NCBI GenBank assembly: GCA_031364845.1
Contig: JANLWX010000210.1
Span: 1-47,892, forward strand
Source of the DNA: Candidatus Eiseniibacteriota bacterium
GTDB lineage: Bacteria > Eisenbacteria > RBG-16-71-46
Direction of reading: 5' to 3'
DNA: 47,892 bases
The translations under genes were made by a program, and so were the position numbers. Numbering within the stretch: the first letter of the stretch is position 1; the number at the start of each line of letters is the position of its first letter. Below the pieces are notes generated by a model that made no database searches, was not told the origin of the DNA, and saw only the letters and a program-made list of their open reading frames with translations. Shown here piece after piece: positions 1-9,289 of this stretch.

Positions 1-29
1 GTGCGGGCATCCCTGGAGGTCGTTTCCAC
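1..29 (-). CDS. Possible 5' end of a divergent gene running off the window edge (VETTSRDAR...)
   Basis: Minus strand reads GGAG (40-37), 7 nt, then GTG at 29-27, with the frame open to the edge; only 9 codons visible. Confidence 0.35.
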
Positions 30-91
30 GAACTGACTCCGCGAAAGCTGCCGGGGGGCCGAAACGACCCCGGCAGCACAGCGGTCAGTTC
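30..91 (-). promoter_or_regulatory. Nested stem-loop leader covering the putative RBS of the edge gene
   Basis: GAACTGAC(30-37)/GTCAGTTC(84-91) outer stem and GCTGCCGGGG(47-56)/CCCCGGCAGC(68-77) inner stem. Confidence 0.4.
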
Positions 92-237
92 ACTTGCTAA
101 ACGCGGTCACTTCATTTGCGTTTAACACGGATCGTGGGAGCGGATCGATCCGGAATCGTCGAGGCCGAGGCACTGGGTTCGCCAGCGTCGTCCCCACGCG
201 TGCTATATTCCCGCGTCCTTTCCATGAAGAGCACAAC

Positions 238-1503
238 GTGAACCTCGACTGGCGCCGACTGAAGGCCGTGGTTCTCGAGAGTGACGACTGGGGTCTGTGC
301 GCGTGGTCGGCGGACGAGCAGGCATTGCGCGTGCTCGCCGACACGCCCGCGTTTCGCAGCCCGGCCGGCCGGCGGTATGCCGGGTCCACGCTCGAGAGCG
401 CGGATGACGTGCGCGCGCTCGCCGCGACGCTCGCCGAATTCCGCGGCGGCGACGGGTTCCCTCCCGTGTGGCAGGCGAACACGGTCGTGGCGAATCCCGA
501 CTACTCGGCGCTGCGTGCTCCGTTGTTCGAATGCGAGTCGGTGCCGCTGTGCGATCACCCGCAGACGCCGTCGCGCTGGCAGCGTCCCGGCATGTGGGAC
601 CAGGTCGCCGTCGCGCGCGATGCGGGTTTGTGGTGGCCGGAGCTGCACGGGCTGCATCACATTCCCGAGACCGCATGGCTCACGGCGTTGCGGCGCGGGC
701 TCGCGGACGCGCGGCGCGCGCACGAGCAGCAGAGCGCGGTGTGCGCATCAGTCGAAGCCAGTGGCGAGCACGATCCGTCCGAGCCGCCGCTCGATCGCAC
801 GCGTCGGCTGGAGCTGGCGGTCGCGAAGTTTGAAACGCTGTTCGGACGCCGTCCGGCTTCGTTCTGCCCGCCCGACTATCGATGGGACGAGCACACCGAA
901 GCCGACGCGACGCGACTCGGTATCCGAACCTTGCAGGGACAGGGCGAGCACCACGGTGCGCGCTTCCCGCGCTTTCGCCGGCTGTTCCTGCGCCAGCGCT
1001 GGCCAGGTGACTGGAGCGTGCGGCTCCAGATGCCGCCGCGCATCGCGTTCGAGCCGTGTTCCACCGAGACGAACGCCGCGCGCGTCGGGGCGGCGGCCGC
1101 GCATCGCGGCGCGCGGGAGGCGTGGCAGCGCGGTCAGCCTGCGGTGATCAGCACGCATCGCGCGAACTTCGTGCACCTCGATCCGAAGATGGCAGCGATC
1201 GGTCACGCCGCATTGCGCGATCTGCTCATGCGCCTGGTCGGCGACAACGCGGTGTTCGTGCAGGACGATGAAGTCCGCCAGTTGCTCGAACGGCAGTGGT
1301 CGGCGCGCGAGATCGGAGCGCGCGGTGTACTGGTGCGTTTCTATGGAGTGCCGGGTGAGGCGATCCGGTTTCCCGCGCGGCCCGGCATCTCGCGGGTGTG
1401 GCTCCACGAAGGATCCGGTGCGAAGGAAGTGGCCGTGGCGGTCGACGGCGGCGAAGTCGAGGCCCGGCTCAACGTCGGCGAATATCTGCTGGAGTGGAAG
1501 TGA
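238..1503 (+). CDS. Polysaccharide deacetylase-like (NodB/CE4-type fold) protein
   Basis: ORF 94..1503; motifs VVLESDDWG, ELHGLHH, FCPPDYRW, STHRANF; GTG at 238 chosen, downstream of a TGCTATATT extended -10-like motif at 201-209. Confidence 0.6.
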   Translation: MNLDWRRLKAVVLESDDWGLCAWSADEQALRVLADTPAFRSPAGRRYAGSTLESADDVRALAATLAEFRGGDGFPPVWQANTVVANPDYSALRAPLFECESVPLCDHPQTPSRWQRPGMWDQVAVARDAGLWWPELHGLHHIPETAWLTALRRGLADARRAHEQQSAVCASVEASGEHDPSEPPLDRTRRLELAVAKFETLFGRRPASFCPPDYRWDEHTEADATRLGIRTLQGQGEHHGARFPRFRRLFLRQRWPGDWSVRLQMPPRIAFEPCSTETNAARVGAAAAHRGAREAWQRGQPAVISTHRANFVHLDPKMAAIGHAALRDLLMRLVGDNAVFVQDDEVRQLLERQWSAREIGARGVLVRFYGVPGEAIRFPARPGISRVWLHEGSGAKEVAVAVDGGEVEARLNVGEYLLEWK

Positions 1504-2378
1504 GCGCGTTCGGGTCGAAGCGGTTCGCCGCGGCCGAGGGCGGCGCGCGTGCCCCCGAGCCCGCGCAGACTCCGACACCGTGGGCGCGCATGCGCCGTTC
1601 GCGCACAACGCGATGGACGTTCTGGAAGTACAACTGGATCATCTATCACCGCACGATCGCGGCACTCGAGCGGGTCCGCGCGCATGCGCGCGGCGATCTG
1701 CTCGATGTGGGCTGCGGTGACCGGCCGTTCGCGTGGGTGTTCGACGGGCGCGTGGCGCGCTACGTCGGCACCGACCTTAAGAGCTCGGGCTATCTCGATG
1801 CGCGCCCACCCGACGTCTACTCGCGCTCGGAGGCGCTGCCGTTTCCGGATGCGCGGTTCGACACGGTGCTCGGGCTCTCGATGCTCACGTATCTTCCCGA
1901 GCCGCTCGCGATGCTGCGCGAGGCGAACCGCGTGCTCAAGCCGGGCGGCGTGCTGCTGCTCGAATTCACGCAGATGGTGCCGCTGCACGATGCGCCGTGG
2001 GACTTCTTCCGCTTCACGCGCTACGGCGCGTCCTATCTCCTCGAGCGTGCGGGGTTCGAGCCGCTCGAATTCGTTCCGATCGCGGGCTTGTGGACGCGCG
2101 TCGGCATGACGACGATCGCGGGGCTCAACCGCATGAACCGCGGCCCCACCAGAGTGCTCACCGAGATCCCGGTGCGCGTGTTGTATGCCGTGCTCCAGCC
2201 GTTGTTCGCGCTGCTCGACCGCGTGTTCTTCGACGAGCGCGAAGTCGTGGGGCATCTGGTGGTGGCGCGGAAGGCACGCGCAGCGGTCGAGACTCCGGGC
2301 TCGGTGCCCGCTGCGTCCGCGCTTCCGGTTCGCGCACCCGCCGTGGTCACGCGCGACGGACTTCGCGACGGGCTCTGA
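1500..2378 (+). CDS. Class I SAM-dependent methyltransferase
   Basis: LLDVGCG motif I, LPFPDARFDTV, RVLKPGG; GTGA overlap with the upstream stop. Confidence 0.85.
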   Translation: MSAFGSKRFAAAEGGARAPEPAQTPTPWARMRRSRTTRWTFWKYNWIIYHRTIAALERVRAHARGDLLDVGCGDRPFAWVFDGRVARYVGTDLKSSGYLDARPPDVYSRSEALPFPDARFDTVLGLSMLTYLPEPLAMLREANRVLKPGGVLLLEFTQMVPLHDAPWDFFRFTRYGASYLLERAGFEPLEFVPIAGLWTRVGMTTIAGLNRMNRGPTRVLTEIPVRVLYAVLQPLFALLDRVFFDEREVVGHLVVARKARAAVETPGSVPAASALPVRAPAVVTRDGLRDGL

Positions 2379-2379
2379 C

Positions 2380-4137
2380 GTGCGGTGGAGCTTGCTGGTC
2401 GTGCCCGCGTACTTCGCGGCGGCGCTCGCCGTCACCTGGCCGCTCGCGCTCACATTCCGCACCGCGCTGCCCGCGGTGTTCAACACGATCGATCCGCTGT
2501 TGCAGGCGTTCGTGCTCGGGTGGGACTGGCACTCGTTCATGACCGGACTGTTCGGCGTGTTCGACGCGCCGATCTTCCATCCGGAACGCCACACGCTCGC
2601 CTATATGGATCATCTGCTCGGAGAAGCGTTGGTCTCGGGCCCCGTCGCATGGATGACCGGCAGCCTGCCCGCGGGCTACAACGCGCTGGTGCTGGCATCG
2701 TTCGTCGCGAGCGGATGGGCGGCCTATCGGCTCGCGCGCTGGCTCGGCGGCTCGCGCGCCGGCAGCTTCGTGTGCGGATTCCTCTACGCCTTCGGCGCGT
2801 ACCGCATGTCGAACCTTGGAAACCTGAATCAGCTCCAGACGCAATTCGTTCCGCTCGCGCTCCTGTTCATGCTCCGGTTCGCGGCCACGCGGCGCACTCG
2901 CGATCTGGCCGCTGCGTTCACGACGCTGGCCGTGCAGTCGTACTTCGGCTGGTACTACGCCTTTCACGTCGCGTTCCTGTTCGCGATGGTGCTGGCGTGT
3001 TCGATGGCATTCCGCTGGCCCACCGGCTCGCCGTTGCCGTGGCGGCGCCTGTTCATGTGCGCGGGACTTGCACTGCTCGTGATGGCGCCGGGCGCGCTGC
3101 CCTACTGGCAACTGCACTCGACGCTGCCCGGCTTCCGGCGCTCGCTCGGCAAAGCGGCCATCTACTCGGCGGACGTCGTGGACTACCTGCGCTCGAGCCG
3201 CGAGAATCTGATGGCCCGCCTGTTTCATCTGCCGCGCGGCGATCTCGCGTATGCGCCCGGAATCGTGACGGTGGCACTCGCGTTCGTCGCGTGGTGGCGC
3301 GCACGTGCCGAACGCCTCGCCAATGTTCAGCTGCCCGTGTATCCGCTGCGGCGTCTCGATCGCGCGTTCGCGTGGATCGCCGGTGGCGCGTTCATCCTGT
3401 CTCTCGGCCCGATCTTGAAGATCGCGGGACACACACTGCCGGTGCCGTTGCCTTACGCAGTGTTCTATTACGTTATCCCGGGCTTCGCCGGCATGCGCGC
3501 CCCCGGGCGCTTCGCCGAGATCGTGCTGTTGATCGGCGCCGTGTTCGCCGCGCGCGGCTACGATGTGCTGCGTGAGCGTGTGCCCCCGGCAGGCCGCGCC
3601 GCGCTGCTCGCGGCCGTGACTGCGGCCATGCTCGTCACCGCGTTGCCCACGGCGATTCCGCTGATCGAGTATCCGGACCGCTCGACGATGCCCGCCGCGT
3701 GGAAGTGGATCGCCCGCCAGCCCGGCGCTTTCGCGATCCTCGAGCTGCCGATGCCTTCGAGCGAAGCCGACGAGAGCGAGCGTGACGCGGTGCGACAGAT
3801 CTGGGCGCTCTACCACGGCAAGGCGCGCGCCGACGGCGTCAGCGGGTTTGCGTCGCCGGCGCACGAAGGCTTTCGCGCGCTGATGCGCAGCTTTCCCGAG
3901 CGCCTCGCGGTCCGCGCCATCGCGGAGCGCGGCGTGCGCTACGTGATCGTGCGCTACGCCGAATACGTGCCCGAGGACGCGGCGCGCATCCGCTACGAAC
4001 TCGCATCGGTGCGCGAGATGGCGCCGGTGTTCGCGTCGGGTTCGGACGTCGTGTACTCGCTCGCGAATGCGGAGTTGCTCGCGCTGGAGCGCGAGGCGTT
4101 CGCGAAGTCCGCGCGCGAGAGCGGTCGCTCGCGATGA
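2380..4137 (+). CDS. Multi-pass membrane protein, GT-C/YfhO-like glycosyltransferase candidate
   Basis: ORF 2185..4137; many hydrophobic helices, FDAPIFHP...LAY and MRAPGRF motifs, soluble C-terminal domain (AILELPM, GVRYVIV); GTG 1 nt after the upstream stop. Confidence 0.6.
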   Translation: MRWSLLVVPAYFAAALAVTWPLALTFRTALPAVFNTIDPLLQAFVLGWDWHSFMTGLFGVFDAPIFHPERHTLAYMDHLLGEALVSGPVAWMTGSLPAGYNALVLASFVASGWAAYRLARWLGGSRAGSFVCGFLYAFGAYRMSNLGNLNQLQTQFVPLALLFMLRFAATRRTRDLAAAFTTLAVQSYFGWYYAFHVAFLFAMVLACSMAFRWPTGSPLPWRRLFMCAGLALLVMAPGALPYWQLHSTLPGFRRSLGKAAIYSADVVDYLRSSRENLMARLFHLPRGDLAYAPGIVTVALAFVAWWRARAERLANVQLPVYPLRRLDRAFAWIAGGAFILSLGPILKIAGHTLPVPLPYAVFYYVIPGFAGMRAPGRFAEIVLLIGAVFAARGYDVLRERVPPAGRAALLAAVTAAMLVTALPTAIPLIEYPDRSTMPAAWKWIARQPGAFAILELPMPSSEADESERDAVRQIWALYHGKARADGVSGFASPAHEGFRALMRSFPERLAVRAIAERGVRYVIVRYAEYVPEDAARIRYELASVREMAPVFASGSDVVYSLANAELLALEREAFAKSARESGRSR

Positions 4138-5957
4138 CGCTCTTCTCGGGGGGCACGGCACCGGTATCCCCGGTCGTGCGCATCCACGAGCTCGTGCATC
4201 GCGCCGCTGCCCAATACGGCGACAGCCCGTTCGTCGCCGACATGACCGCGGGACACTGGTCGGGCTGGTCGTTCCGCGAGGCGTCGCATGCGGTGCGATC
4301 CTTTGCAGCGATGCTCAGCGAGCGCGGCGTGATCGCCGGCAACCGCGTCGCGATTCAGAGCGAGAATCGCCCGGAGTGGGGGCTCGCCTATCTGGCGGTC
4401 CTCCAAGCCGGCGCGATCGTGGTGCCGATGGACGCTCAGCTCCAAGAAGGGGATTCGGGCGAAATTCTCGCCACCGCGGAGGCTCGCGTCGTGATCGCGA
4501 GCCGCGCGCACCACGACAAGATCGCGCGTGCGGGCACGGCGCGCGGACTCGCGCTCGAGATCGTTCCGATCGAAGAGATCGTGCGACCCGACGTTGCGGC
4601 GTCGAGTGCTTCACCCGACGCCGCACGGATCACTCAGAGCGGCGCGGCCGCATCGAATTCCTCGTCCACCGCTGCAAAACTCACGGACCCCGTCGCGGCG
4701 GTTCGCGATGCGACGGCCGTCGCAAGGCCATTCATTCTCCGCGACGGGGTCGCGGAGAATGAGCATCTCGCTGCGCTGCTCTTCACCTCCGGAACGACCG
4801 GGAGCGCCAAGGCGGTCATGCTCACGCATGCGAACATTCTCACGAACGTGGAAGCGTGCGTCGCCGCGTTTCACTTTGGCCATGGCGACCGGTTCCTCTC
4901 GGTGCTGCCGCAACACCACGCGTTCGAATGCACCGCGGGCTTCCTGGCGCCATTGCGCGCGGGGGCGAGCATCGCGTACGCGCGCAGCCTCAAGTCGAAC
5001 GAGTTGCGCGAAGACCTCGAAACGTCGCGCGCCACGATCATGCTCGGCGTGCCGCTGCTCTACGAAAAGCTGCTCGCGGCGATCACCCGGGGCATCGAAT
5101 CGGCGCCGCCCCGCGCCCGGTCGTTTGCCCGCGCGATGATCGCGGTGTCACGAACGTGCCGGCGCATCACGGGCATCGACGCGGCGCGGATCCTGTGCGC
5201 GCCGCTACGCCGCCGCGCGGGCCTCGCGCGCCTGCGCATGTTCGTGTCGGGCGCGGCACCCCTGCGCGCGGAAGTGTTCGACGGCTTCGCGGATCTCGGT
5301 CTGCTGCTGCTCGAAGGCTACGGGCTCACCGAGTGTTCTCCGGTCGTGACCGCTAACCGCCCGGAGCGCGCGACCTCCGGCAGCGTCGGCTGGCCGCTGC
5401 CCGGCGTCGAGGTCCGCATCTTTGAGCCGGACGCCGAGGGTATCGGAGAGGTCGTGATCCGCGGGCCGAACGTGATGCGCGGCTACTACCGCAATCCTGA
5501 TGCGACGGCGTCGGTGCTGCGCGAAGGAGGCTTCCATTCCGGCGACCTCGGCCGCATCACCGGGGACGGCCGCCTCTTGCTGACCGGCCGGATCCGGAAT
5601 CTGATCGTCACCGCAGCGGGGAAGAAGATCTATCCCGAAGAGGTCGAGGCGAACCTCGCGAAGTCGCCGTTCGTGCGCGAAGTGGCGGTCGTCGCGGGCC
5701 ACGGTGCGGATGCTGCGCACGGCGCGCGCGAGGAAGTGCACGCGCACGTCGTCCCCGAGCTCGATGCGATCGAACCCGCCGCCCGGGCGCTCGGACGAAC
5801 CGCGGACGAGGCGTTCGTGCGCGAGACGCTGGAGCGCGAAGTCGAGCGCCTCGGCAAGGACCTCGCTCCGTTCAAGCGCGTGAGGAAGCTGATGGTGCGC
5901 GCCGAGGAACTCCCAAAGACAACGACGGGAAAGGTGCGCCGCGACATGCTTCGCTGA
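4134..5957 (+). CDS. Long-chain fatty acid--CoA ligase (AMP-binding)
   Basis: LLFTSGTTGSAK, EGYGLTE, SGDLG, GKKIYPEEVE, PKTTTGK motifs; ATGA overlap. Confidence 0.9.
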   Translation: MTLFSGGTAPVSPVVRIHELVHRAAAQYGDSPFVADMTAGHWSGWSFREASHAVRSFAAMLSERGVIAGNRVAIQSENRPEWGLAYLAVLQAGAIVVPMDAQLQEGDSGEILATAEARVVIASRAHHDKIARAGTARGLALEIVPIEEIVRPDVAASSASPDAARITQSGAAASNSSSTAAKLTDPVAAVRDATAVARPFILRDGVAENEHLAALLFTSGTTGSAKAVMLTHANILTNVEACVAAFHFGHGDRFLSVLPQHHAFECTAGFLAPLRAGASIAYARSLKSNELREDLETSRATIMLGVPLLYEKLLAAITRGIESAPPRARSFARAMIAVSRTCRRITGIDAARILCAPLRRRAGLARLRMFVSGAAPLRAEVFDGFADLGLLLLEGYGLTECSPVVTANRPERATSGSVGWPLPGVEVRIFEPDAEGIGEVVIRGPNVMRGYYRNPDATASVLREGGFHSGDLGRITGDGRLLLTGRIRNLIVTAAGKKIYPEEVEANLAKSPFVREVAVVAGHGADAAHGAREEVHAHVVPELDAIEPAARALGRTADEAFVRETLEREVERLGKDLAPFKRVRKLMVRAEELPKTTTGKVRRDMLR

Positions 5958-5983
5958 ATCCTTCGCCGAGTTGCGGCCGGCGA

Positions 5984-7138
5984 TCAGCCCGCCGGTCTCT
6001 CGGCTGCTCGCGTCTCCATAGCTTCATGCAGCTTGCGCTGCATGAATGGGACGCCGAACAGCCGTTCGGCTTCGTACTGATTGTGCGCCCAGCAACGGAG
6101 CCGCATCCGTCCCGTGGTGGCTTTGCCACCGCGGGAGACGGGATCGATGTGATCGAACTCCAAGAAGTGCGTCTCGGGACAACGCCGTCCATCCTCGCTC
6201 ACGAACGTGCACTGAAACCCGTCACGCTCGCGAACCGCGCGCCTCACGTGCGCCGGGACATTCCGTGGATTCGCGCTCGTGTGCGTCTTGGTCGCGCGCG
6301 GCTTCTCGGTCGCCGCGAATTTCGCCTTCTCGAGTTTCTCGATGAGCTCATCGAGTGCGCGCTCGAGAACGCTCGGGACGTCGCCCGAAGAGATTACGTG
6401 CGATAGAAGAGCCTGCGCATGGCGCAGCTTGTCGTGCATCTCCTGGCTCATCGTCAACTGAAGCGCGTAGCGCTTCAGGCCAAGGGGCGCCACTTTCGCG
6501 GGCTTTCGCTCTTCGGTCCGTAGGACCGAAGGAACTTTGGCTGTAATCGGCCCGAGCCCGCCGAAGGACTCGCCAACAGCACTTGCGCCTGTCTCAGGCG
6601 ACACCTGTTCTTCGGTCCTGCGGACCGAAGATGCGACTGTCCGCACGGACAGTTGATCATGATCCGGACTGGCAGCAGGCGCTGCCGCGACCACCCGCGC
6701 TCCGGGCAAAGCTCGCACTTTCGTCGCCACGTCGGCCTTCGGATATCGCTCCGCCAGGAGCTTCTCGATCTCGCGACAACTCTTGTGAGTCACCGCCGCC
6801 AGGATCTCGTCCACGTTGCGGCGTGTCATGAACGCCTTCAGCAGGAACAGGCCGCTCAAGTGCACACGGCCTTCGGTGAGCGCGTCGTAGATCGCCGGAA
6901 ACCGGCGCGCCATGCGCGCGACGCAAATGCGCTTGTACGCCGCCTGCTCGGAGAAGTGCAGCACGTTAACGCAGTAGGAGAACATCGAAGGATACCCCGC
7001 CGGCAGGAAGAGCTTGCGAGCGTCGACTTCACCGATGTAGGCGATGAGGGCTGCAGTGTGCCTGCAGCCTCGAGCGACGAGCGTCGCGAGGCCCTGCAGC
7101 ACGACCTGATGGGTGAGATGGGAAAGTGCGTACTTCAT
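5984..7138 (-). CDS. DUF222-like N-terminal domain + C-terminal HNH endonuclease protein
   Basis: C-terminus VRRAVRERDGFQC...C...LEFDHIDPVSRGG...RCWAHN; helical N-terminal region (EVDARKL...GYPSMFSYC); GGAGG RBS before ATG 7138. Confidence 0.85.
   Translation of the reverse strand: MKYALSHLTHQVVLQGLATLVARGCRHTAALIAYIGEVDARKLFLPAGYPSMFSYCVNVLHFSEQAAYKRICVARMARRFPAIYDALTEGRVHLSGLFLLKAFMTRRNVDEILAAVTHKSCREIEKLLAERYPKADVATKVRALPGARVVAAAPAASPDHDQLSVRTVASSVRRTEEQVSPETGASAVGESFGGLGPITAKVPSVLRTEERKPAKVAPLGLKRYALQLTMSQEMHDKLRHAQALLSHVISSGDVPSVLERALDELIEKLEKAKFAATEKPRATKTHTSANPRNVPAHVRRAVRERDGFQCTFVSEDGRRCPETHFLEFDHIDPVSRGGKATTGRMRLRCWAHNQYEAERLFGVPFMQRKLHEAMETRAAERPAG
6511..6655. repeat. In-frame palindromic repeats inside the HNH gene: two type-B and one type-A
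   Basis: CTTCGGTCC-GTA-GGACCGAAG 6511-6531; CTTCGGTCC-TGC-GGACCGAAG 6610-6630; ACTGTCCG-CA-CGGACAGT 6636-6653. Confidence 0.85.
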
Positions 7139-7485
7139 GATGCCTCCGCGCATGATGAAGATGCATCCGGTCGCGGGGGCGATGAACACGCGGTGATTCT
7201 ACATTGCGCTATTTCGACGTTCTGGAAACGACGGTCTCTGCATTTCGGAGGGTTCCTCGAATTCGGTCGAGATCGAGGGGCTTTAGCGTGCGAGCGCGCC
7301 CACTGCGCACATTGCGAGGCGGTCCTAGAGCTAGTATCGAGATTTCGAAGAACGCGTCCGCAAAGCCGTCAAGATGAAAAAACGGTCTGAACCCGCGGGT
7401 CGATGGACCAGGTCGCTTGAACGAGCACCGCGAGCGGGGCGTTGATCACTGTTTCTCGATCGCTGCTATCGGAGTTTCCCAGATC

Positions 7486-7872
7486 TCAGCGCGGCGCCGG
7501 TTTGTCCTCCGCCACGTACACCACCCCACCGTCGTTCTCGATGCGAAGCCGATGCACCTGCACCAGCGGACCGCGCGCGACGCGGCCGCCGGTCCAGCGG
7601 ATCTCGCCCATGCGGCCCTTCCACTCCCACAGCAGGCGGAAGTCGGAGTCGTTCTGCGTGCGGAACGGCCACGATGCTTCTTCGCCCACCGCCAGCGTCT
7701 CGCGCACGAACGTCCTCCCGGCGACCGTCACCCGCAGCCGTTCGATTGCCGCCGTTCCCTGGTTCTTCACGACCACGCTGTGCTCGGGGAGCTTGTCGAA
7801 GACGTTGGGGCCGCGCTGCCAGGCGATCCAGGCTGCGATGCCGACGACGATGAGAATCACGAGGCGCTTCAT
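7486..7872 (-). CDS. Hypothetical protein with N-terminal membrane anchor/signal
   Basis: MKRLVILIVVGIAAWIAW; GGAGG RBS; beta-rich remainder. Confidence 0.7.
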   Translation of the reverse strand: MKRLVILIVVGIAAWIAWQRGPNVFDKLPEHSVVVKNQGTAAIERLRVTVAGRTFVRETLAVGEEASWPFRTQNDSDFRLLWEWKGRMGEIRWTGGRVARGPLVQVHRLRIENDGGVVYVAEDKPAPR

Positions 7873-7993
7873 GGTGCCCTCCGTGGCGAAGATGCCGGCG
7901 GCTGCGTCCGGTCGTCATGAACGTGGTGCGACGCGAACGCCATCTCGGCGAGCATGTGCCTTCCGCATGGAGCATGGCAAGCCCGCATGCGAT

Positions 7994-9289
7994 TCACTCC
8001 GTGAACGGACCATCCACGCGCGTGCCCGGATCCGGTGACGGAGCGGGAGCAGCGGTACTCGACGATTCGCCGCGCCCCCGGAACGCGAGATAGAAGTAGA
8101 CGGTGGCGACCGCGTACAGCGCTGCCGTGATGTAGAACGGCACCGCATAGCCGAAGCGTTCGATGATCCATCCGGCGAGGGTCGCGCTCACGGCCCACCC
8201 GACGTTCCACACGAGATTATTGATGCTGGTCGAGCGCGCCCTGAGGCCGGCCGGCAGCGTTTCCATCACGAACGACACGAGCAGCGGACTCGAGGCCTGC
8301 ATCAGGGTGGCGCGCATGCAGAACGCGGCGACCGCGATGTCGAGACGCGACTCGGCTCCCATCGTGACGAGGAACGGCAGCGACATGAGCTGCAGCACGG
8401 TCGCCGTGCGCAGCCGCCCGAAGCGCCCCGCGAGCACCGGCGCCGACATCGCGGCGAGTGCCGTGAGCATCTGGGCGAGCGAGAAGAACGTGCCGATCTG
8501 GGCACTCGAACACTGGAAGCGCTGCGCGAAGTACAGGTTCATGAACGGGATCACGAGCCCCGCGCCGGCGCCGATCAGGAAGAAGTTGATGGCGATCTGG
8601 GCGAGCAGCCGCCGGTCGCCGCGCGCGGGCGGGCGCGCTTCGGCCGAATGGTCCGCGCCGCGCGCCGCGCCGATGCGCGCGATCGGGAACGCGGCACATA
8701 GCGCGAGTCCGGCTCCCACACACAGCGTCCAGCGATAGGCATGGAGCAGATCCGGCGCGAACGCCGGGGGCAGGCTCTGGAGCAACTTCGGCAGCGCGCC
8801 GCCGGCGAAGCTGCCGACCACCCCGGCCATCAGTTCGATCGCGAAGAACGTGCTGAACAGGTGCGTGCGCTCGCGGGCCGTCGAATGCTCGGACAGAAAC
8901 GGCGCCGCCGCGATCGCGAGCATGGCCTGGCCCGAACCCGAGGCGAAGCTCGCCGCCGCGATGATGCCCGGCGTCGGCGCGAGTGCGCGCACCAGCATGC
9001 CGAGACCTTCGAGTGCCGCGCCCAGCATCAGCGTGCGGCGGTGTCCCCAGCGCTCGGCGAGGATGCCGGCCGGGAGTGCCGTCAACGCGAGCCCAAGTCC
9101 CGTGAGCGAGATCGCGCGCCCGACGAATGCCTCGCGGTAGCCGGCCTCGACGAGGAACAGGTTGAACAGCACCTGTGCGACGCCGTGCGACGCCCAGGTG
9201 AGGAGCGTGGCGAGCAGAAACAGGCGGGCGGGTCGCGAGAACGCGCGCACGGCGTCGCGGTATTCGATCCATGCGGAGCGGAACGTCAT
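7994..9289 (-). CDS. MFS transporter
   Basis: About 12 hydrophobic segments; motif A-like GILAERWGHRR and LAGRFGRLR. Confidence 0.9.
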   Translation of the reverse strand: MTFRSAWIEYRDAVRAFSRPARLFLLATLLTWASHGVAQVLFNLFLVEAGYREAFVGRAISLTGLGLALTALPAGILAERWGHRRTLMLGAALEGLGMLVRALAPTPGIIAAASFASGSGQAMLAIAAAPFLSEHSTARERTHLFSTFFAIELMAGVVGSFAGGALPKLLQSLPPAFAPDLLHAYRWTLCVGAGLALCAAFPIARIGAARGADHSAEARPPARGDRRLLAQIAINFFLIGAGAGLVIPFMNLYFAQRFQCSSAQIGTFFSLAQMLTALAAMSAPVLAGRFGRLRTATVLQLMSLPFLVTMGAESRLDIAVAAFCMRATLMQASSPLLVSFVMETLPAGLRARSTSINNLVWNVGWAVSATLAGWIIERFGYAVPFYITAALYAVATVYFYLAFRGRGESSSTAAPAPSPDPGTRVDGPFTE

